Assembly (NCBI GenBank): GCA_000175855.1
Contig: ACYB01000039.1
Location: 1 to 6,782 of the forward strand
Origin: Raphidiopsis brookii D9
GTDB taxonomy: Bacteria > Cyanobacteriota > Cyanobacteriia > Cyanobacteriales > Nostocaceae
Direction of reading: 5' to 3'
DNA: 6,782 bases
The translations under genes were made by a program, and so were the position numbers. This document shows, one piece after another, positions 1 through 5,441 of the stretch. Every line of letters begins with the position of its first letter. Position 1 is the first letter of the stretch. The notes under the pieces were generated by a model, which was not told where the DNA came from, made no database searches, and worked only from the letters and a program-made list of their open reading frames with translations.

Positions 1-906
1 CTTCTCCCCAACCCTACTTAAAACTATACTTAGAGTCTCTGGTTGAATCCTATCTCTCATTTCCTTGGTGATTTCAAGATTTTCAATGAACTGGGTCAGA
101 ATTTCGCCTGTAACTTTTGAAAAAAGGTTCAGTGCTGAATTTTTGATATCGGTTTTGATTTTCTCAAGCTTGGTGATAACATCATCCATGCCAAACTGAA
201 TAAGCTTATCTTCTTTATCTCCAAAATTTAAACGTTCTAGTTTTTCCTCTTCATAACCTAGATTTTTTAACTCTTCTTCAATCCTTCTATAAGTTGGAAA
301 ATACAAAATAGTATCGCCTATACTTTTTTTAATAGTTTTTATAGTTCTATATAGCCTTAATTTTTTTTGTGTAAGCGGATTATGTTTTGGATTCTCTGGA
401 TCCAGTTCCTTTTCCATCCTACCTGCAAACTCCATCACCTCCAAAATACTCGAGTTAGGAATGCGATATCTTCTACTGACTATCTCTAATCGTCTGCGAA
501 ACGATTCAGGGCTTATATTTGCTTCCCTTCCCAAAATTTCTATTTCTTCAATGGGCAAAAACGGTCTCAATTTTCTTAACAATGTTTTTGATCCGAGTTC
601 ATTTAAGTCTAATAGGTCTAAGTCATCTTTTTTAATTTCAACAGTTTCACCGGATGCGAACTCAAGAATTATAGAACCAAATTCTATTGGCCTAAGTTTG
701 TCAAACTTGCACGAAATAGTGTAATACAATGCATTGAGGATGGTAGTTTTGCCTGCGCCATTTTCTGCAATCAGAATAGTCGCTTCCTTATCAAAGAGAA
801 TTTTAATATCTTTGAATCCAAATAAGCGATTAATTGAAAATGACCTTAGCTGGCTTGAGTTCTTGCGCTCCCCTAGTAGCATGTTTGTACCCTCAGCAGG
901 ATTCAT
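1..906 (-). CDS. Partial AAA/ABC-type P-loop ATPase (5' part only, runs off left edge)
   Basis: Not in the ORF track. Reading the minus strand from CAT at 904-906 to base 1, I found no stop in 302 codons. Translation begins MNPAEGTNMLLGERKNSSQLRSFSINRLFGFKDIKILFDKEATILIAENGAGKTTILNALYYTISCKFDKLRPIEFGSIILEFASGETVEIKKDD and ends ...SVILSR-like C-side MRDRIQPETLSIVLSRVGEK. It has a Walker A-like motif AENGAGKTT and a later ILYFPTYRRIEEEL motif. The better start may be ATG 882-880 (minus strand), preceded by GAGGG at 894-890 with 7-nt spacing. Confidence 0.85.
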   Translation of the reverse strand, partial: MNPAEGTNMLLGERKNSSQLRSFSINRLFGFKDIKILFDKEATILIAENGAGKTTILNALYYTISCKFDKLRPIEFGSIILEFASGETVEIKKDDLDLLDLNELGSKTLLRKLRPFLPIEEIEILGREANISPESFRRRLEIVSRRYRIPNSSILEVMEFAGRMEKELDPENPKHNPLTQKKLRLYRTIKTIKKSIGDTILYFPTYRRIEEELKNLGYEEEKLERLNFGDKEDKLIQFGMDDVITKLEKIKTDIKNSALNLFSKVTGEILTQFIENLEITKEMRDRIQPETLSIVLSRVGEK

Positions 907-913
907 AAGCCTA

Positions 914-942
914 ATTATAAATCACATTTGGACTGGTGTCAA
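914..942 (-). promoter_or_regulatory. Sigma70-type promoter for the left-edge ATPase gene
   Basis: The minus strand reads TTGACA (942-937), 17-nt spacer, TATAAT (919-914). Both hexamers are exact consensus with optimal spacing. The predicted TSS is near 907, about 25 nt upstream of ATG 882. Confidence 0.8.
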
Positions 943-955
943 GTGAACTTTATTT

Positions 956-975
956 GGTATCATTGAGGTATCATT
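956..975. repeat. Short direct repeat GGTATCATT x2 upstream of the promoter
   Basis: GGTATCATT at 956-964 and 967-975, 11-bp period, just upstream of the -35 box of the minus-strand promoter. Confidence 0.5.
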
Positions 976-1053
976 AAAAAATGAATTCAGTTGTTTGTAT
1001 CTGACTCATTAGGAAAGGTTATCATAATAATAACAAAATCAACTTAATGATAA

Positions 1054-1281
1054 ATTTCATTACTTAACCTGCTAAATGAAGGGGGTATTATTATTAAATG
1101 GGAACGCAAAATTAAAATTAAAGGTAATGCTGTTTATTCGTTTTAGTTTCACCACAGCTTAATTGCCCTGGTGAGGGAAAATATTTGGACACCCGAACAA
1201 ACGCTTTCTCATGTTTTACAAAGCTCAGAATTACCAGAAGCTCTCTGTCAAGATAATCCAGCTTGTTGCACCTTTGCATAA
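1054..1281 (+). pseudogene. Possible degraded small coding remnant, unknown family
   Basis: In one + frame the sequence reads ...KWERKIKIKGNAVYSF*FHHSLIALVRENIWTPEQTLSHVLQSSELPEALCQDNPACCTFA*, interrupted by a single TAG at 1144-1146. The composition looks protein-like but no family is recognised. Confidence 0.25.
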
Positions 1282-1300
1282 GGTACTTATTTAAGATAAT

Positions 1301-2068
1301 TTAACAAATTAAATTAATAAGAAATTGAGTTAAGTTTTGAATAGCTGGGAATTCAGCTGTTTTATCACTAATCCAGGCATCATCACTGATACTTGTTTGA
1401 TTGGTTTTGCCTGGTTTTAAAACACTTACCACAGTAGCAATTATAGCCTTTTCTTTATCAAAGGGTTTCCATTTTAAAGGAGGTTTATTTCTCTCTTCTT
1501 CGGAAAATTTATCTATATATTCTCTTGCTCTTTGCATATATTCAGGATAAGCCAAATCACCACAATCACAAATTAAAGTATCCAAAACACCTTGTCTATT
1601 ATTATCTGGTAATATGTAAATCCCTAATTTCGGGGAGCTGTCGATAACATTCCCGGTTGAATTGACCTTATTAGGAAAATTAGGGAAATGTTCTCTTAAA
1701 TCATTATGGTATTTTTCTACAATTTTATCAGGTGTCTTTTTATCAGCATCAGCTATGATGCCAAAAGCGAAAAGATATGAACAATCAATATCAGATAATT
1801 TATCACTTAAATTAGTAATTAAATTGCCGCCTTCTCCCGCATATATAGCTACAGAAATGTTATCTTTACATAAGATGGTAGGTATGTTTAATCTGAAATG
1901 TAATTTTCCATTTTTTGCAGGATATACAGGAATAAACTTACGCCAAATTTTATCTATTTTGTCAACCTCATTCGAAGGACAGAAATCTAATAACTTACGC
2001 AAAATCTTAGAAATAAAAGCCTGATCATGATTTCCTTCAACACCAATTAAAACATATTTTTTATTCAC
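1301..2068 (-). CDS. DUF3226-like TOPRIM-fold protein, predicted nuclease/effector partner of the adjacent ATPase
   Basis: The ORF track gives 1301..2071 with a TTG start. GTG at 2068-2066 is better spaced (7 nt) from GGAGG (2080-2076). TOPRIM-like signatures: VLIGVEGNHDQAF (motif with Glu), FGIIADADKK (DxD), and GIYILPDNNRQGVLDTL, typical of DUF3226. Confidence 0.8.
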   Translation of the reverse strand: MNKKYVLIGVEGNHDQAFISKILRKLLDFCPSNEVDKIDKIWRKFIPVYPAKNGKLHFRLNIPTILCKDNISVAIYAGEGGNLITNLSDKLSDIDCSYLFAFGIIADADKKTPDKIVEKYHNDLREHFPNFPNKVNSTGNVIDSSPKLGIYILPDNNRQGVLDTLICDCGDLAYPEYMQRAREYIDKFSEEERNKPPLKWKPFDKEKAIIATVVSVLKPGKTNQTSISDDAWISDKTAEFPAIQNLTQFLINLIC

Positions 2069-2129
2069 CAACGTACCTCCTGACCTAATTCCTGTCTTAA
2101 ACGTCTTAGTCTATAACCATCATGTCTAA

Positions 2130-3248
2130 CTACTCTTGTTTTTCTTCCTTGGGTTCTAAACGGTAAAGCACTAAATCTGAATCTGATTCAGTCACCTCTA
2201 ACAAAGCATCCACAGCTTCTAAACTATGAGTAGTCGCAAATAATTGAACATCCATTTCTGCACACCATTTAACAAGCCATTGAAAATAATTTTGTAAAGC
2301 TTCTGTGTGAATAGTTGAATCTAATTCATCAATTAGTAGAATACCACCTTCTTTAACGCTACTTAATTTTAAAGCTATATGTAACAAACGACGAATACCA
2401 TCGCCAAAACTGCTAAGTGGTACAAGTCCCAGTTTTTTATGTTGAATATATATATACACACTAGATGTGGATACACTGGATGTAGATTGTGGTGGTGATA
2501 AAATTTCTATATCAGAAATATTGCTATCTATTTGCTGCAATAGTCTTACTACATCAGATTTAAAATTTCGGAATCTAGCTTGTGATAATAATCGAATCTG
2601 ATCTGCAGAACGATGAGATGATGATGTCACTGTAGCAGTATTTAAACTCGGTTCTCTAGTTCCTGATGGTTTATATAAATGTAGATATAAACCTTTATTT
2701 TGCCACAGTGGAAAATTTTTAGTAATGGTGGGTGTAGTATCAAATAAACTTACCTGGCCATCTTCTGTAAATAATTCTATTTTCAAGTTCATTCCCTTTC
2801 TAACTCCTGGTATTTCTTCATTTTCTTGAATAAGATCATCCTCCTCTTCATTTTCTTGAATCTGATCATTTTCTGATTTTTTTAACCATATTTCTTCTAT
2901 TACTTCATAGCTTGCTATCAGCTTTTTCACAGAAAATAAACCAGTACTGGAAATAAGAATAATAAGTTCTGGAGATTCTATGGTGGATACAGGATTTTGT
3001 GAAAACAACCATCTTAGTGCATCAATAAGTAAATCACGCGGCAATCTATTCTGTAACTCTCTTTGACACGCCGTGATTAACCATGTTGTAATATTTAACG
3101 GATTGGAATAAATTTGTAGTGCTTCTAAAACACTGGTTTTGCCTGAGTTATTAATACCAACAAGCAAGTTAATACGTCCGAGATCCTTTAGCTCTAAATC
3201 TCGAATTCCTCTAAACTGATGAATTATAACACTATCTAGACTTTTCAT
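2130..3248 (-). CDS. AAA family ATPase (AAA_15/AAA_21, OLD-like)
   Basis: 372 aa. N-terminus VIIHQFRGIRDLELKDLGRINLLVGINNSGKTSVLEAL (Walker A GINNSGKTS). C-terminal SSFGDGIRRLLHIAL signature-like segment, GGILLIDELDSTIH (Walker B) and QLFATTHSLEAVDAL (switch His). Confidence 0.92.
   Translation of the reverse strand: MKSLDSVIIHQFRGIRDLELKDLGRINLLVGINNSGKTSVLEALQIYSNPLNITTWLITACQRELQNRLPRDLLIDALRWLFSQNPVSTIESPELIILISSTGLFSVKKLIASYEVIEEIWLKKSENDQIQENEEEDDLIQENEEIPGVRKGMNLKIELFTEDGQVSLFDTTPTITKNFPLWQNKGLYLHLYKPSGTREPSLNTATVTSSSHRSADQIRLLSQARFRNFKSDVVRLLQQIDSNISDIEILSPPQSTSSVSTSSVYIYIQHKKLGLVPLSSFGDGIRRLLHIALKLSSVKEGGILLIDELDSTIHTEALQNYFQWLVKWCAEMDVQLFATTHSLEAVDALLEVTESDSDLVLYRLEPKEEKQE
2815..2874. 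repeat. Imperfect 30-bp tandem duplication inside the ATPase gene
   Basis: TCTTCATTTTCTTGAAT at 2815-2831 and 2845-2861, each followed by NNGATCAT. It encodes the acidic repeats DQIQENEEED / DLIQENEE. Confidence 0.75.
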
Positions 3249-3472
3249 AGGTTTAACTCACGATAAGATACCATTAGACTGAGAATTTGGCGCTGGCAAA
3301 AAAACAGTGGGAAATTATTTTCATAAATCATATACTAATTCTCATAATTCCTGTAGTTATGTCTAATTAAACACTGCTAAACCCTTGACTTTTTCTTCTT
3401 AGTGTTCAAATATAAAAGCATCATGTTCCATCCATGATTGTAGCCAATAAAAGTAACAACAAGCCCTGATAT

Positions 3473-3492
3473 ATGTCCGCATTCGCGGACAT
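3473..3492. other. Perfect inverted repeat / hairpin ATGTCCGC-ATTC-GCGGACAT
   Basis: 8-bp perfect arms at 3473-3480 and 3485-3492, 4-nt loop, followed on the + strand by TTTTATT. Confidence 0.7.
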
Positions 3493-3591
3493 TTTATTGA
3501 CCACTTTAATAAAAATAACCTAAATTTAACCCCAATTAGTCAAAGGAAAGATTACAATCGATTTGGACAAGCTCTAACTCTAACAAAGGAG

Positions 3592-3609
3592 GGACATAAA
3601 AGTATGTCC
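3592..3609 (+). promoter_or_regulatory. Potential hairpin over the ribosome-binding site and start codon
   Basis: GGACAT (3592-3597) AAAAGT ATGTCC (3604-3609). The right arm contains the start ATG; the left arm overlaps the end of the GGAGGG Shine-Dalgarno (3588-3593). Confidence 0.4.
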
Positions 3610-3744
3610 GACTTGAATCGCGGAATTATGAAGTTTGAGGGTGCAGACTCTCCTAAGCTAGTAATGGTATCTACTGTATTGGTGTTAGGTTCTATAGCAA
3701 TACTCATTATCTGGGCTTTGCGATCAGCATACGCATTAGGCTAA
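3604..3744 (+). CDS. 46-aa single-pass membrane protein
   Basis: MSDLNRGIMKFEGADSPKLVMVSTVLVLGSIAILIIWALRSAYALG followed by TAA. GGAGGG lies 10 nt upstream of the ATG and there is one clear hydrophobic segment. It is below the ORF-track size cutoff. Confidence 0.75.
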   Translation: MSDLNRGIMKFEGADSPKLVMVSTVLVLGSIAILIIWALRSAYALG

Positions 3745-3767
3745 GTCCTATCAAAATTTCAATTAAG

Positions 3768-3821
3768 CCTGTAGCTTTCCCATGCTTTTTAGGCACTATC
3801 GCGGATGATGGGAGCTACAGG
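3768..3821. other. Long interrupted inverted repeat in an intergenic region
   Basis: CCTGTAGCT(TT)CCCAT at 3768-3783 pairs with ATGGGAGCTACAGG at 3808-3821. That is 14 paired bases with a 2-nt bulge and a 24-nt loop. Confidence 0.65.
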
Positions 3822-3857
3822 TACTTACAAAACAATAAATCAATAAATATTCATATA

Positions 3858-5441
3858 ATGTCTCAGCTTTGGGGTTTATTAGTTATTTTAATTACTTGTA
3901 TACTCTTAGGTGCACTGCCAATAATTCCCTGGATAACCCGAATAATCAAGGGTAGCCAATTAGAACAGGTTGGTACTGGTAATCTTAGTGTGGCCGCAGC
4001 ATTTTATCACGGCGGAAGAGTGGTAGGTGTTTTAGCAGTGATCTCGGAAGCTTTGAAGGGAATTGCTGCTGTGTTAATTACTCGCATCTTCTTCCCTCAA
4101 GGATCCTTTTGGGAATTAATTGCTCTTATTGCTCTAGTCATAGGTAGATATACTTTCACCAGGGGTGCAGGAACTACCAATGTGGCCTGGGGATTTTTGC
4201 TCCATGACCCACTGATAGCAGGATCTGTCACCTTGTTCGCAGCTATTGGCTTTCTCCTTCTCCGCTCTAGACAGGTAATCCAATTTGGGGTGCTGATTCT
4301 ATTTCCTCTGCTGGTGGCTTTCCTCCATGGTCAAGACTTCAGTAAAATTATTGCCGCCTTTACTTTGGCTGGTTTAATGGGGTGGATTTATCAACAAATC
4401 CCTGATGACCTGGAATTACCACCCCAGGGAGCACAACTGCCAGTTAAACCAATAATGGAGTATTTAAGTGGTAACAAACCAACTATTATTACCTTAGATG
4501 ATTTCCTAGATCCCGAGGTATTTGGTGTTAAATCCGCTACATTATCACAGATTAAGCATCGGGGTTACTCCGTACCTAAAGGTTGGATTTTAGCTCCTTT
4601 TGACGATCCTAGCCAGTTGATTAATTTCCTCCAACCATCTCCATTGTCACCCCTGGTAGTTCGCTCTTCTGCTATTGGTGAGGACTCCCAACAGGCATCC
4701 GCAGCTGGACAATACACAACGGTACTAAATGTTACTAGCAAGCAAGGCTTAAGTCTGGCGATCGCAGAGGTTAAGGGATCCTACAATAGTGAGAATGCGG
4801 TAAAGTATAGACAGGACTTGGGGGTAAAGGATGTGGGCATGGCTGTACTAATTCAACCTCAGGTACAAAGTGTGTATTCAGGGGTAGCATTTAGTCGTGA
4901 CCCTATTTCGCAACAGGGGGATGCGGTAGTAATTGAAGCTGTGGTAGGATCTCCAGAGCAAGTAGTTTCTGGGAAGGTAACACCCGAACAATATCGTCTG
5001 TTTGTGTTGGGGAAGATAAATTATCTACGGTGCAATTTGAAGGAGAGGGAAAAAATTCCTCAGTCATTAATCAAACAAGTAGCTTATCTAGCCAGAAGGT
5101 TAGAAAACAATTATTATGGCATTCCCCAGGATATAGAGTGGAGTTACGATGGGCAAACCCTGTGGGTTTTGCAAGCTCGACCAATTACTACCCTAGTGCC
5201 CATCTGGACAAGAAAAATAGCTGCTGAGGTGATTCCTGGTGTGATCCGTCCCCTAACTTGGTCGATTAATTTACCTTTAACCTGTGGAGTATGGGGAAAA
5301 CTATTTACCATAGTTTTAGGAGAGCGTGCTTCTGGTCTAGACTTTACTAAAATGGCTACGCTTCACTACTCCAGAGCTTACTTTAATGCTTCCTTGTTGG
5401 GTGAGGTCTTCCTGTCCATGGGGTTACCCCAGAAAGTTTAG
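3858..5441 (+). CDS. N-terminal fragment: PlsY-like membrane domain fused to PPDK_N/PEP-synthase ATP-grasp domain
   Basis: The PlsY-like region starts LGALPIIPWITRIIKG...VGTGNLSVAAAFYHGGR and continues ...EALKG. The PPDK_N-like region has LVVRSSAIGEDSQQASAAGQYTTVLNV...VYSGVAFSRDP...DIEWSYDGQTLWVLQARPIT. The frame ends at TAG 5439-5441. Confidence 0.88.
   Translation: MSQLWGLLVILITCILLGALPIIPWITRIIKGSQLEQVGTGNLSVAAAFYHGGRVVGVLAVISEALKGIAAVLITRIFFPQGSFWELIALIALVIGRYTFTRGAGTTNVAWGFLLHDPLIAGSVTLFAAIGFLLLRSRQVIQFGVLILFPLLVAFLHGQDFSKIIAAFTLAGLMGWIYQQIPDDLELPPQGAQLPVKPIMEYLSGNKPTIITLDDFLDPEVFGVKSATLSQIKHRGYSVPKGWILAPFDDPSQLINFLQPSPLSPLVVRSSAIGEDSQQASAAGQYTTVLNVTSKQGLSLAIAEVKGSYNSENAVKYRQDLGVKDVGMAVLIQPQVQSVYSGVAFSRDPISQQGDAVVIEAVVGSPEQVVSGKVTPEQYRLFVLGKINYLRCNLKEREKIPQSLIKQVAYLARRLENNYYGIPQDIEWSYDGQTLWVLQARPITTLVPIWTRKIAAEVIPGVIRPLTWSINLPLTCGVWGKLFTIVLGERASGLDFTKMATLHYSRAYFNASLLGEVFLSMGLPQKV

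Noticed and set aside
461-946. ORFs 461..724 (+) and 734..946 (+)
   Set aside because: Both lie antisense to, or mostly over, the continuous minus-strand ATPase frame (906..1), which has a P-loop, promoter and ribosome site. The translations show no recognisable family.
1662-2024. ORF 1662..2024 (+), 120 aa
   Set aside because: Antisense shadow of the DUF3226/TOPRIM-like gene; the minus-strand product has coherent motifs and a ribosome site.
3370-3406. AACACT...AGTGTT inverted repeat
   Set aside because: Only 6-bp arms with a 25-nt separation; expected by chance in AT-rich intergenic DNA.
3385-3416. TTGACT-N20-TATAAA as a + strand promoter for the 46-aa gene
   Set aside because: The 20-bp spacer is too long for a confident sigma70 promoter. 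Only transcript mapping could rescue it.
3497-3526. TTGACC-N18-TAAATT as a + strand promoter
   Set aside because: The -10 match is weak (4 of 6) in AT-rich DNA, so it is plausible but not supportable as a feature.
5030-5227. ORF 5030..5227 (+), 65 aa
   Set aside because: Overlaps the PEP-synthase-like domain in another frame and does not resemble a protein family.
5424-5441. Programmed ribosomal frameshift at TTACCCCAG
   Set aside because: A -1 slip would need tRNA re-pairing CCC to ACC or TTA to GTT, which is poor, and no canonical slippery heptamer is in the right phase. Simple loss of one C explains the data better.
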